A stretch of 55,869 bases of DNA, filler included, from Platydemus manokwari (GCA_037951405.1; 5 parts of 5 records of this genome joined end to end with filler, not necessarily neighbours in it), one strand, 5' to 3'; shown: positions 40,601-54,336, numbered from the whole stretch's first letter. Made by a program: numbers and translations. The notes: generated by a model from the sequence alone, not told the origin.

Positions 40601-43190
40601 TTAATCATATTTCTAAAATCACTTGTGCTTACGTGTCAATAAAAGTAATTTCTCAATAATAAATTAAAAATAAAATAAAAATAAATAAATTTCCTTTCAA
40701 TAAAATGAAAATAATCAAATGTTCAATTGCAAATCTTAAACATTATATGACTGGAATCAGGCTCACAAAGAATCATCAAGTAGAAATGCTAGTAATCATA
40801 TGTCGTAATAACATTTATGAGCGTATAATAATAATTAAGGGTAAATTATCGAAGTTCTGATAACAAATGTAGAATAAACCATAAATTAAACATAAAACTG
40901 AAATTAAAATATATTGAACAAGAGGTTTTATTATAGTGATTCATAAATTTACCAAATATAAAGTGCACGATATTCTGGAAATAATAGGAATGCCTCGTGT
41001 TTAGTAATAATGACACGAGTAGTACCTATTCGTGATATAAAATACAAATGTAGATGCTATTAGATTTAGGAACCCAATAGATTTAAAAATAAATACTTAT
41101 CAATTTCGAAACAGGTTTGTTCCTCAATAAAACGTGATTTACTTGTGGTTTAGTAAGCTGAATGTCAGGAAAGCTATCCCTTCAATATATTACGTTTCAG
41201 TGGGTTTATTAATACTGTTTTTCATAATTTATCTAAATGAGTTCAAAATTTTGAAAACTAATTAGATATTATGATTTAGGATTTTTATTAGTATTTTTTG
41301 TTACGATTAATATTATTTTAACCTGACTTTACTAGGTGGAGTCTATTTAAGAAATAAAATTAATAAATAATATAAAGAAACACCTAATTAATTTCCGAGA
41401 TATCCCACGGAAATTTTCTGGTCAAAATAGATAAACTAAGACTCTTGTTTTGATTTTATGTTCTACTACATGAATGCTATCTACGTCAAATTCGTGTTTT
41501 GCTATTATGTCGTCATATTGTTTAATTAGTAATTTTAATTTAATTTTTGAATTTCATCTATAATTTCACTATCAATTTGATATCATCATAATTTTTGCTG
41601 GCATTTTCCTAATAGTCAAGTCGACATCAGATATGGATTATAATACTTCGAGACCTGTATTTGGATTAAGTGTTACCATTCTATTTTCAAAGTTGGTTAA
41701 CCTAAAGGGAATCTTTTGATTCTCGATAAATGCTTTTTGGTTTTGCTTAGTACCAAACTTCAGAAAGTTTTTATAGATAAGATCTTATATGCCTGACTCT
41801 AAAGGCAGTGTATAAAATAACGAAAATAATTTTAAATATAAATAAATAAAGTGATAAATATGGAAATATATAATTGCTCTAAAATAAAATTTATGATTAC
41901 TGTGAGAAAAGTTTAAAGAAACTAACAATAATTTAAAATAATAATTTTAATATAAAAAATTTTAATTACAATTTACATAATTTGATAAGTTTCACAATAA
42001 AAAAATTATATTTTGAAATTTCGTTAAATTATTTAACATATTGACGGTCAGTAGGAACAAATAAAGTTCTAAATTTAACACTATGTTTTTGTAATTTTTA
42101 GAATATTAGAAGTATAGTTTTAATTTTTCTGCCTAAATAAACTTAATTTTGATTAATTCAGCACCTTTAATTAGGTTGCGGCTATAACCGTCATGGAGTC
42201 AGTGGATTCTAGACACTAAGTAAAGGGACAATGGCTGCTGTAACTTCGCTTTTACGGTTATAGACGCAAGTGTTCGCCAACGTGTTAATATAAAGTAATT
42301 ATTAAATAGTTTAAATATTTTTATCTATGTCTGATTAAGATTGATAGCTAAAGCTTTCTATAAAATGATTTTTTAAAAAGAATTTAAATCTGTAAAAATT
42401 GTTTTATTTGTTTGTATTAAATAAAAGTTAAGAAAATCGTAGAAATAAATTCTTCCATTGAATCCTCAATTTTAACTAAAGTAGCTACTACTTACATGGC
42501 GACCACGCACATGGATGCGATCTTGAGCAGACTTGTGCCTGAAAAATAAAGACTAGGAAACGATATCTAACAGTTTATTAAAAACTGTAATCGAAACTTT
42601 TATATTTGAAAAACAAACCAAACCGATGGGGAATCTGGTAAAGAAGGCTTCAAATGTGCTAATCCGTTTATCTCTTGCAACATTGCGTCTCACTCAACAA
42701 TACGAAAATCTCGTATTTTGGAAAATAGATTTTAGTGATTTGAATAATTGATGACAAGGAATATATTTTATATTTATCTTCTCTCATTTTGTCGAATGAT
42801 TTCAACTCATACAATTCTTTATTTAATGAGTAGTTTATCATTGTAATCTATATTTATTATTAGGATATGTTCTTTTTTCAATTTTCATTTTTGGATAATT
42901 TAATGCTTAAAAACCAAATATAAATAAAAAAAAACAATTTACCACTTGACGATCCTTTTTCTTAAACCAAATTTAACATCAAATAACATTACAATCTACA
43001 AAATATATTACCATCTATGTAACTGGTCAACATTTTTTTAAAAAAGACAACAATTAGAGTCTATTAAAATGAAGTAAGGCTGTTGTTCAAACTAAATTGA
43101 GGCAAAATCCAAAGAGACCAAAAATCGAATACAAACAAATATTGGGAATATAAAAGTTTTTCATTTTTAATTTCATATAACTGAACTGAA

Positions 43191-45095
43191 TCATTTCCAC
43201 GCTGTTTTACATACTAGTATAACAATAGAAATGAGTGCTATGGTGCTAAGAATCGGTATTATCACCAAACCAGCGATTGATGACTGTAGTTCGAAAAGGT
43301 TTAATGCAGTACTCGTTTTCGAATAATCGGTGGAGGAATTGGTTGATCTAAACCGAACTCTGGTGGATAAATTACTGATTAATTCCGTAGAAAGAGTAGA
43401 TTGAAAAAATGAAGAAACAGATGTTGAAATAGTTGGAGAATGTTGAGGAGTTATAGTAATTATAATCGTTGAAATCATAGTTGTTGTTAGAGTTCTTGCT
43501 GGAGTAGTAGAGGACAATGAAGTTTTAGTAGTTGTTGGAGTAGTAGATGGTGGTGGAGTTGTTTGAGTAGATGTTTGAGTAGCATATGGTGTTGGAGTTG
43601 TTTGAGCAATCGTCGGAGTAGTAGAGGACGTTGTGGTTGATAGAATAGTTGTCGGAGTTGTTGGAGTAGTAGATGATATTGGAGTTGTTTGGGTAGTCGT
43701 TGAAGTAGTAGATGATGTTGGAACGGTTTGAGCAATTGTCGGAGTAGTAGAGGGCGTTGTGGTTGATTGAGTAGTTATTGGAGTTGTTGTAGTTTTAGAT
43801 GGTGTTGGAATTTTTTGGATAGTTGTTGGAGTTGTTGGAGTAGTAGAGGATGTTGTCGTTGTTTGAGTAGTTGTTGGAGTTGTTGAAGTAGTAGAAGATG
43901 TTGTGGTTGATTGAGTAGTTGTTTGAGTTGTTGGTGTAATAGAGGACGTTGTGGTTGATTGAGTAGTTGTTGGAGTTGTTGGAGTAGTAGAGGATGTTGT
44001 GGTTGATTGAGTAGTTGTTTGAGTTGTTGGTGTAATAGAGAACGTTGTGTTTGATTGAGTAGTTGTTGGAGTTGTTGTAGCTTTAGATGGCGTTGGAATT
44101 ATTTGGGTAGTTGTTGGAGTTGTTGGAGTAGTAGAGGACGTTGTCGTTGTTTGAGTAGTTGTTGGAGTTGTTGAAGTAGTAGAGGACGTTGTCGTTGTTT
44201 GAGTTGTTATTGGAGTTGTTGGAGAAGTAGAGGATGTTGTGGTTGATTGAGTAGTTGTTGAAGTTTTTGGAGAAGTAGAGAATGTTGTAGTTGATTGAGT
44301 AGTTGTTTGAGTTGTTGGTGTAATAGAGAACGTTGTGGTTGATTGAGTAGTTGTTGGAGTTGTTGGAGTAGTAGAGGACGTTGTCGTTGTTTGAGTAGTT
44401 GTTGGAGTTGTTGGAGTACTAGAGAACATTGTGGTTGTTTGAGTAGTTGTTGGAATAGTAGATGATGTTTGAGTTGTTTGGGAAATTTTTGGAGTAGTAG
44501 AGGACATTTTGGTTGTTTGAGTTGGTGCTGAGGTTAAAGATTTCATTGTTGATGTTTGAATGTCTAGAGTGCTTTTGCCATCTAAAGTTGATTTGATTGA
44601 CTTTGTGATAATTTGAGTACTTGATGTTGTTCTTCTCTTTTCAGTAACCAAATTATGTTTTTCTGTGATTCGATGGTTCCAAGTGAACATCCATGGAAAG
44701 TTGAATGGTGTATTTCTTTGGTGAAATATATTTTCCCAATTTAAATTTTTGTTATTGGTTTGACCTGATTGAAAATCACCAAATTTAAATGTTCCGTTTT
44801 CAAATCTGAAAAAGGAATTCGAAAACCTAATATCCAATCTCGTCGTTGGCTTATTCGTTGGTAGTGCTAAATGAGAATCATTTAAAATATTATTCAAATT
44901 ATCTATACCTAATTTTTGTGCTGTGTCGAGATTGTTTTTCTTATTAATATTTACCCCGGAATGAGTTTCGACATTATTAGACGATTTTCCAAATGGATGT
45001 AGATTTGATCCCATAAAGAAACCTTCGATGTAGGTAAGTCTGAAGAAAATCATGCAACTTATCAACAATTTTAAGAGAAGCAATCCACTTGACAT
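43191..45095 (-). CDS. Mucin-like single-pass membrane glycoprotein B (Thr/Ser/Pro-rich), 634 aa, intronless
   Basis: N-terminal signal-like segment (MSSGLLLLKLLISCMIFFRLTYIEG), Phe/Trp/Asn-rich head, long PTS repeat stalk, and a C-terminal hydrophobic segment homologous to protein A. Confidence 0.88.
   Translation of the reverse strand: MSSGLLLLKLLISCMIFFRLTYIEGFFMGSNLHPFGKSSNNVETHSGVNINKKNNLDTAQKLGIDNLNNILNDSHLALPTNKPTTRLDIRFSNSFFRFENGTFKFGDFQSGQTNNKNLNWENIFHQRNTPFNFPWMFTWNHRITEKHNLVTEKRRTTSSTQIITKSIKSTLDGKSTLDIQTSTMKSLTSAPTQTTKMSSTTPKISQTTQTSSTIPTTTQTTTMFSSTPTTPTTTQTTTTSSTTPTTPTTTQSTTTFSITPTTQTTTQSTTTFSTSPKTSTTTQSTTTSSTSPTTPITTQTTTTSSTTSTTPTTTQTTTTSSTTPTTPTTTQIIPTPSKATTTPTTTQSNTTFSITPTTQTTTQSTTTSSTTPTTPTTTQSTTTSSITPTTQTTTQSTTTSSTTSTTPTTTQTTTTSSTTPTTPTTIQKIPTPSKTTTTPITTQSTTTPSTTPTIAQTVPTSSTTSTTTQTTPISSTTPTTPTTILSTTTSSTTPTIAQTTPTPYATQTSTQTTPPPSTTPTTTKTSLSSTTPARTLTTTMISTIIITITPQHSPTISTSVSSFFQSTLSTELISNLSTRVRFRSTNSSTDYSKTSTALNLFELQSSIAGLVIIPILSTIALISIVILVCKTAWK
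43560..44480 (-). repeat. Coding ~48-bp degenerate tandem array (TTTQ[ST]TTTSSTTPTTP)
   Basis: Recurring 'gagtagttgttggagttgttggagtagtagaggacgttgt' units. Confidence 0.9.
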
Positions 45096-45505
45096 TATAT
45101 TACTTCAGTAGCTATTAACTCTAATAATAAATAAATAAATAATAACTATATCAGAATGTCAAAGGTTTTTATTAAGGTATTTTATACAATAATTACATCA
45201 TTTATATTGATAGATTGACATCTAGCTACAATAGAACAATTAACTCATTTAGCATCACCAATTTAGAATCAAGTTTGTCTATAACCCAGTGATAATTTTC
45301 TATACTAACTATGATATTTCCTTTCCACATATAATCAGTATAATGGTGAAAATTAATTTTCACGTAAAAATCAATACTATTAAGAAGTTTACTCTGAGAT
45401 ATCAACTTGTTAAACACTTTATATATATCTATATATATATTAGGTGTATAACCTTAAAATTTCGGTTTTTTTTGAAAAATATTTATTTATTTAAAGTACA
45501 TTTTG

Positions 45506-45605
45506 NNNNNNNNNNNNNNNNNNNNNNNNNNNNNNNNNNNNNNNNNNNNTTAATTAATTAANNNNNNNNNNNNNNNNNNNNNNNNNNNNNNNNNNNNNNN
45601 NNNNN
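45506..45605. other. Assembly linker N44-TTAATTAATTAA-N44
   Basis: Same artificial spacer. Confidence 0.97.
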
Positions 45606-46364
45606 GATGTACGAAGTGATTGTAATATATTTCAATAATGACGTTTAGAGAAAAATTATTATTTCTATTCTTTATGTGCCTAATGTTTTAATATTTTTAT
45701 TATAGACAAACTAAATTTGACTTCTATTTATTGAACAAAACCAAGATAACACAATCATGTTAAATTATTTAATGGACAAATGTAGAATTATTATTTTGAA
45801 TTTATATATTTTAAAAAATTTACAAAAAACTCATGTCTCTTTAAAATAGCATTGGATAAATCACGGAATTATATGACCACTTTTAAAATGACGAATTAAG
45901 TTTGATTCAATGAATTTTATCACTTTTGAGAAATATTTATAAAATTAAATTGTTAATTTGTTCTACAAACTATAGCAGTTAAGCAATAGATTTTCAAAAA
46001 AGGTCAATGATTAATACAATTCTAACCAATTGAGTGAATTATTGATACTTAGAAAGTTTGCTTGAGATGATTAATAATGAAAGCCAACATTACATATATT
46101 TACAGAATTGCTATGAAATATGAACAGTAAATTAGAAGATTTTGAAATAAAATAGATACACAATATTTATTAAATCGAAACTTGTGGATCATCTTCAAAA
46201 TTTTAATTTCATTTATTACTTTTCACGCTCGTTTCTTCATCAAGCTACCTTTTAGATACAAGTCAATGTTACTTTTTTGTGATTTATTTTTACTTAACTT
46301 CTAATCAATAAATGAAAAATGAATCCATTATATTAACATGTTATCACTATATTTCCTTTTATAG

Positions 46365-49300
46365 ATTTATCAGATCATCCAATAAATAGCGTCAATGAAA
46401 TTGAAGCATTAATCAATAGATTCATTTCCAACAGGTATGAAAGCAGCGTTTGCTATCTTCTGAAAATAAACCTCAATTTTACGATTGATGATTGCTGTTT
46501 AGCCTGTCGATGCTCTCGCTTCAAAGCTTCTAACTCAATGCCGTGCTTTTATATTATGCTTTTGATCAATAAAGTCATTTTAACTTTTGAAAATTTTTGA
46601 CATTTTATAAATTTAAGCACTCATAAAGTAATTATTAGCTTTTTAAAGTAATTATTTAACTTTAAACATCTTATTATTTAACTTGAAATTTTATTAGATT
46701 TGATATAATTGTAATTAAATAAAAAAGTTAATTCTTTGCTACACTTTAAATAAATCATGTTTAAATATTTAAAATAAAAAAGAATTTATTTGAAGATGTT
46801 TGGAATTTTTAAACGAAGGGAAATTAAATTATTTTGATTTTTTGTATTTGTCTAACTTAAGATTTTGATAAATATCAATAATTATATCGTTTATTATACC
46901 TTATTAAAAAGTAAAGAGACTTCAATACCAGATAATTTTTATTAAAGAACTCCGATTCCATACATCATTGTAAAGTATTTAAATCAAATAAAAAAAATTT
47001 AAGAAAATAAAAGCAAAAGATTGAAATAGCATAATCATGTTTAAAATTTTGTGGATTGGTTCACTTTCAGATAATGATTAATTTGTCTCCTTTATCAAAA
47101 ACGATGACATCATTTATTCTTAGTTTTCATCTTATCTATGCTAACTTAATAATTATCATAATATGTAATTATTGTCCAATATCTTTCATTACATTAGATT
47201 ATTAGGTAAATCAAAGCTTAACATGATTAGAAGTGACTTCGGAATTTTAAATAATAACAAGTCAAAGATCTGAAATCTAAAATATTTTAGATTTATTCCA
47301 TAAATTCAAACTCTAAATGCTTAAAAAATTATATCAAAGAATTCGAAATCAAAAATATGAATCTATTAAAAACTTATTGTTAGCAAAAACTGGTTAAAAC
47401 AGAACCAGTTTTAATTGATCAATCGTTGGTATTCCTAAAAGTTCTCTTGTAGTGTTTTTAAAATTTAACATTAGGTTTTTTAAACTCCAAGATTTTTTTG
47501 CTTTATTTTTTCTAATATACTTGCACTGGATATAAGAATATTTTTTAAGAACAATATTATCCATATTTATGTTGCACTGTTTATTCATTTAAAAATACAC
47601 TAATATTTAGATTAAAATGATCGATTAATAAAAACAAATTTATTATATTATGTCTAAATACCATCAGATTATAAATAAATTAAACTTAATTATAAATAAA
47701 TAGAATAATATCAATTAATATTAAAATAAAATTTAACCAATTTTTGGATCTATTATTTCCTAAACATTACTAATATTTATTTATTAATTCTAAATTCGAT
47801 ATTGAACGATACAGAATTATTATTATAATACGTAATTGATTGTACGGATAATGTATGGAGTTGTCAAATTGTTCTTCGAATATCATATTTATAAATCAAC
47901 CTAGAATAATACAATGTTACGAGAATACAATTTTCAGTTGTTTTTTACATCGTTAACTTATCAAGATTTTTTAAGATTTAGAACCAATTAAAAGAAAAAC
48001 TAATTAGTTATGAATTAATCTAAATCTTTATTTGGATTAAGTTATACTTGCAAAAACAAATACTTGAAAATAATTATAAATAGTGCTAATTCGTATTTAT
48101 TATTAATTAAAACCATATTTTATTTTGTAATTTCTCAGAGAAAATTATAAACAAAATTTTCGAGAATGAGTTTTCCTAAATAATCTATTAATTATTTTCA
48201 TTTCTTTAATTTCCAATTCGTAAATTTAGAAACTCTGTAAAAATTTAAATAAAATATTAATCTGATTTATTTGAATAAACTGAAAAAATCCAACAATTAG
48301 GTGTAATGACATCTCATTAGATTTTAAAGGTAGTTTAGTGTGGAAAACATCATATTTACGTAAAAATAACGTTCCGTACAATAATTACTAAATTAATTCA
48401 ATAAGTACAAATTAAAAAAGTCTATTTGTTTATTTTGGATATTGGAGACAAATCTTTTAAGTAATGAAAGAAAAGTCATTTCCTATTTTTATATATAAAT
48501 TATTATAATTTTAATAATAATAATAATGATCAGTCTCTATCTAATATGATATGTGCTACGTATGCTAATCGTAGGACTTACATTTGTGATTATAATTACT
48601 TCAGTTTATTATTTGGTCGTTACTTACTTGATTTCATATTACCTTACCAATATCATTAGGGTTACAGCCGCTACTCATATCCACGACAAGAGCAGTAGAA
48701 GTCATGCAGTTTTCACAATTCATTTTTCACAAGTTTAATATTTAAATCAACAAAATATTTTTCAAAACATGCATTAGGTGGTGCTTGATAATAATGCTCC
48801 TGAAGAACTCAAAAGCAAATTTCATCTTGTCGATTTAGCTGGAAGGTAATTCTTATTTTCATATTATTTACAATATATTTTTAAAATGAAAAAGAATTTA
48901 TTATTACATTTATTTGCATGAGGTATTTATTAGGCTTACCATTAAACTTAGAGTAGTTGAATGAAAAAAGCAAATTTATATTACTTTACTATTGTGATGG
49001 ATTTGCTGATATAGAACCAAATCCAATTCCGATAATGTCCAAGACAAGTAGTAAGTTATATCCAATGTAAGTGAAATTGTTTTGAGTGTTAATGCACCAA
49101 TGCACGAATAATGAAATTTGCTATCTATTTTGGAATTGGTGAGTAGGAAAGATGAAGATACTGATCTATCAGCAAATTAGAGATCAGAAAATCCGCAAGG
49201 TTTCTTAACTCGAGCAACAATGATTTTAAAAATTTTTATGAATATTTACACATAAATAATTACATTGTTATGAATTTTATTATGAAATCTAGAAAAATAA

Positions 49301-52300
49301 GCAAACTGTAAATTTGCCGAATAGATGTTTCTTGTCTGGATCCAATGTTATCTTGGCAGAATTTATGAAATGAAAATTGAAATTAAGTTTTTAGCTGTAG
49401 AATTTATTTAAATTATATTTTGCCTTAGAGCTCTGACTTTAATTAGAATTCTTTAACGATCAATGATTCATTTATTATTTTTATCTTAAAAAAGTAACTT
49501 TGATATTAAATGGATTCTCTAGAATGCTGGGACAATTTTTGTACTTGAAAATCTTATTTTTTCTCAAACAGAAATTTAATTGGATTGTGTAATCAAAACA
49601 GAATATATTGATTTTAAATTTATGTTGAATCTATTAAAAATATTAAGATTGATTATACATAAACATAACAGTCTTCACGACGGGGTCGCACAAGCCGTCA
49701 TGTCGGCTTTTAAATTGATTTATTAAGATTGATATGTCTGATATTCTGTTTTGAGATTTCTTCATTTAAAGTCTTCTCATTCGCCATGCAACATTACCGA
49801 ATAGCTATGTTATATACTTGTTATTTTGGCTGCACATTATGTTTTACAACTTTGATTAGAAATATTATTTATCTCTATCGTGTATTACTATTTTTGTTTG
49901 TTTATTACCTATTGATATTGAAAGCTGACATGATCAGAAAAAGTTTCTGATTAATATAATAAAATGAAATATGTTAAAAGGATACATCTAAAAGTGTAAG
50001 CAAGACCTTAATAACGGATAACCTCAATAATGAGAAGGTTAATGGCAGATCGATTATAAATGACAAAATAATCTCTGGAATTAGGAAAATAAAAGTGGGT
50101 GATCTGTTTTATACTCGCCATTCATCATTTTTATCAATAGATGCAATGATTATAATCTGCCTTATTTAGAAGAATGATCACTTTTTATAACTTCGTATAT
50201 GTGACTGAAGAACTATTTATTGGACATATAAAAATATATTTTAAAAGACAATTTCATTCCACGAGAATTCCTCAGAATATTAGAAAACTGGGTTCTGCAT
50301 GTATTAGAACTTTTTCCACACATGTTCTCTTTCTTTTCTTCTAGTCTTTTGGCTTATTAATCATCGTCTTAGATTCCCAAGTCATTTAATCCATTGAGAT
50401 TTTCCAATAGTATCAATGATTGCATCTGGAGTCCGTGCTCAGCCTCTCCCTCACAATATTACTGATATTAATAAAAATTTTTAAAACAAATTCATAATAT
50501 CAAATATTATATCAGACCTGTCACATCAAGCTAAGCAGAAACAAATGCGTCATTTAATTATTCAGTTTATATTGTATGCTTTATCAATTGAAGACCTTCT
50601 AAAAGAATGATAATTAATTTATGTTAGTTATTATGAAACAAATAAACTTATTCATTTTTAATGATTTTATTGATTGACGAGATTGGCAGAACTGATTAGT
50701 CATGTGACATTATATTGGAATTATGAACAGAAGCAGTGTCACGTGCTTATTAGAAATATAATCCAGGTTATATTTGAATCCTAGAAATAAAAAAAAATGA
50801 TGATTTTCATATGAAATGATCATAGAGACCAAATTTTAAAACACACTAATATTCATTCTAGTAAAACTTGAAAAAACTTATTTAAACTTAGCAAATTAAA
50901 AAAAGAAAGGCGCTTTAATCGAAACATTTTTAATATCGATTTAATCGTTAGCATGAATGAGATATTTTTATAAATGTCACATCAGAATCAATATATTTCT
51001 TTTATTTATTAACTGCATTACTTACTTAATATAAAAATGGAAATAATCGATTGTTTTGTGCAAAAAATAATGATGTTTGTTACTTTTATGAAGAATTTCG
51101 AAAGCTTTCAAATTTACTTATTCCAAAAAATATTCTTTTCCATAACTCGATATGTGTAGAAAATCAAAGCGTTGTTTAGATAAATGTTGATTTTGCACAT
51201 TTTTATCTCTAGTGAGCGCACCGATCTGAATTCGAAAGTATATAGCAATGAAAGACAGAGAGAAGGTTCAAATATTAATAAGTCTCTGATGCAACTGGGA
51301 ACAGTGATAAAATTACTAGGTATTAGTTTTTCTTTATTAGAGTACATATTAATCATTTGAATTAGCTGAACACAGTGTAAAGCCAGACAAAAAATTATTC
51401 ATTCCATATCGAACATCCAAATTAACGTGGATTTTAAAAGATTCGTTGGGTGGAAATTCATTAACTACAATGCTTGGAAGTAAGAAATAATTAAAACAAA
51501 AATTTACACTTACAAGAATGTTTTATCATTTATATTTATTAAAAACTGTTGTTGAGTGAGATGAAATTATCTAAAAAGAAAAACTGATTTGCACATTGGA
51601 ACCCTTGTTTAATCATTTTAAACATTTGGATGCCTACACAACCATACAGGCATAGCTCTCAGCCAATCGTAGTGAAGTTAGATGATAAACGACAATTTGA
51701 AAAAGAGGCATAGCTACACAATAACACACATAGTGATTGACCAATCCCACTTGTTCAAAAAATTAAAAATCAATAAAAACATAGAAAAGCAAAAATCGAA
51801 TTAAAACGATACAACACGACACAAAGAATTAAACACAGGTCAGGAATATGAAAATAGATGTTAAGATGGTCCACTGCAGATTGGAAGTCAAGTTTTGGTT
51901 TCACAAGTCACGATATCAAGTTATATATTTTAATGCAATTATTTAAACAAATTAATACAAAGTCTAATTTTAAAATCATCACATTCCCACCTTCTTTAAA
52001 ATAAATTCTTAATCATCTCTATATCGAAATCTCCAGCTACTAATTTTCTTCTATGAATTCTTTGTATCTTCTCTATATTTAATCCACATCGGTTATGTAT
52101 AATCTTTGTTTCTTTTTTATACCTTCCTCTTTCTTTTCTATAATTTCAAGATCGAGTTCAAATATGTGGTAACCATGTAAGCTGATACTATTTTTTTTTA
52201 TCTTTGAAAACGAACTGAGAAGTCACAACACCAAAATATATATTTTAATACAATTATTTAAACGAATTAATATAAAATCTGATTATAAAATCTTTTAAAT

Positions 52301-53079
52301 TTTAAAATCCTCACAACTCCAAAAGCAAAGTACACTTATAAGGATGAGTCCTATCCTTCAATTAGATATCATTATCTGCCTAATCAAATTAAACTAAAAG
52401 ATTGTTTTAAAAAACGTGAACAAAAGTATAACACTTCTCTTGATTTTTACGTTAAATGAATATTCTTTTATTGAATTATTTTAAATTAATTTTATCAAGA
52501 AAATGCAATGTATAAGGTTACGCTGAATGTTTCGAATCTAGAAACCTAAAAATTCTTAGAAAATGCAAAATACCTCCTAGAAAAATAATCTTTAAAAAAT
52601 CATTAAAAAAATAAGAAAAATTTTTGATAAATACGTAGAGGAGTATAAAAACGATTCAGAGTGCAAAATAAAATTAATATTACATTCAACAATTTAAATT
52701 GAAATTAGTTGCCAAAATCTGAAGTCTACATATCGATATTGAAGTTAAAATGTTTGCAGTTTAATATTATCTACTCATATTAATAAGTAGATAGTGTTAA
52801 AGGTAGAAAATACTTATTCAAAATATAGTGATAATTTTATATCAATTTTATAGCAATCACTCCAAACGGAAAACACTATAGCGAAACGATTAACACTCTG
52901 CGATTTGCATGTCGAACTAAATCAATTAAAACGACCGCGGTTATTAATGAGGTAAAATTCTCAGCAGACTGCGGATTTATAATCTCGATTTTTAAACTGA
53001 AAAATAGGACTCTACTGCTAGAACAATACGAGAACTGAAAAGAGAAATTGAGATATTGAAACAGCAATTGAATGAAAAA
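46365..53079 (+). CDS. Kinesin-3 family motor (STARD9/KIF16A-like), partial: C-terminal half of the motor plus neck coil
   Basis: Phase-compatible exons 46365-46434, 48660-48732, 48778-48845, 51213-51319, 51366-51479, 52854-52951, 53008-53079 give TAATHIHDKSSRSHAVFTI (switch I), LVDLAGSER (switch II), EGSNINKSL, IPYRTSKLTWILKDSLGGNS, ETINTLRFA and INEDSTARTIRELKREI (kinesin-3 neck). The P-loop exons were not found on this contig. Confidence 0.92.
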
Positions 53080-54245
53080 GTAGATATCTATACATTTTTT
53101 TGTTTCCATATTAATTGTTATTCATAGAATCAATCGGACTATTTAATACGTAGTCAAAAAGTAATTGATTTCCGCAAAATTTATGAAATATTATTTATAA
53201 AAATCAGTTTGAAGAAATGTCAAAATCGTGGACCGAGCAAAGGCGAAGTAGTCTGTCATTAAGAAAATACGGATCCTCAGCTGTAAGAATTACACAAAAT
53301 TTATTAAATCAAAATACGTTGGTACTTACGATCGTGACCATAATTTTTTAAAATAAATTCTAATTAATAAAAGAATTTAATTTAATTTTTTTAAATTAAT
53401 TAGTCCATAACTGAATTTATAAAGATTCGATAATGTTTTTCGTATTTCGAAAACTGTTGTGAATCTAACGATTTTTATTGGCTAGTTTTTATTTTAACAA
53501 TAAAATTTTAGAGATTTCAAATTAAATAGTCATTTTTGAAACAATACACGAGTTGTCTGGATAATCTATGCCACACAAGTCACAATAGATATATTTTTGT
53601 TTTAAATAAATAAATTCACATGTTCAAATAGTTCAGGTTTTTTAATTAAAATTTTTTTATCACAGTAATATTTCGATATGGATCATACTATACTCTTTTT
53701 TATAATGATAATATTTTCGTGCAGATTTTTTATAAAGATCTAGGGTAAAATCGAAAAAATTATATTAATTTTTGTAAAAAATTTATAAATGGCATAAAAA
53801 TGAATTTCTAGATATAGAGATTACCATGATAACTTTACATTTCAATCTAAATTAGTGGTTAAATTGAAAAATAATTTGTTATACCATATCGGTAGAACGA
53901 GTTTCAAAACATTACTTGGGGGGTTATTTTTAAAATTATATTTATTTTTAACATGAAGTTGTTTTCTTTCATAAAAATCCACTAAAAAGTATTCAGAAAA
54001 TAATCTTTAAAATAGATAACAATGCAAGAGATTTTATCTACTAATTATTAAGATTAAAGAATGATTTCGTATTATGAATTAAAATAGTAGCTTAAATAAC
54101 ATAAAAATAAACAATATAAAAATAAAAAAATTGATGAGTTCGAAATCTCTAAATATTCCCGCTTTAATAAACAATAATAATTTAATACTGGTTCATATGA
54201 TTGATAGTTCTTATCAAATGTATTTAAATTATAATATTAAATTAA

Positions 54246-54336
54246 ATAATAACTATATAATATAACTATATATAACTATAACTATATAATATAACTATAT
54301 AATATAAATATATAACTATTAAATAATAACTATATA
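54246..54336. repeat. AT-rich minisatellite (taactatataa-like units)
   Basis: Visible tandem 'ataactatata(t)a' units. Confidence 0.75.

Noticed and set aside
42265-42300. Minus-strand ...TTAACA-CGT-TGGCGAAC resembling an LTR end plus primer-binding site
   Set aside because: No paired LTR or gag/pol remnant recognised nearby.
43487-43735. Leu/Gln/His-rich 82-aa ORF
   Set aside because: Alternative-frame product of the Thr repeat array.
49675-49702. GC-rich hairpin (GACGG...CCGTC) in a kinesin intron
   Set aside because: Short stem, no Helitron CTRR end at the expected spacing, and no other support.
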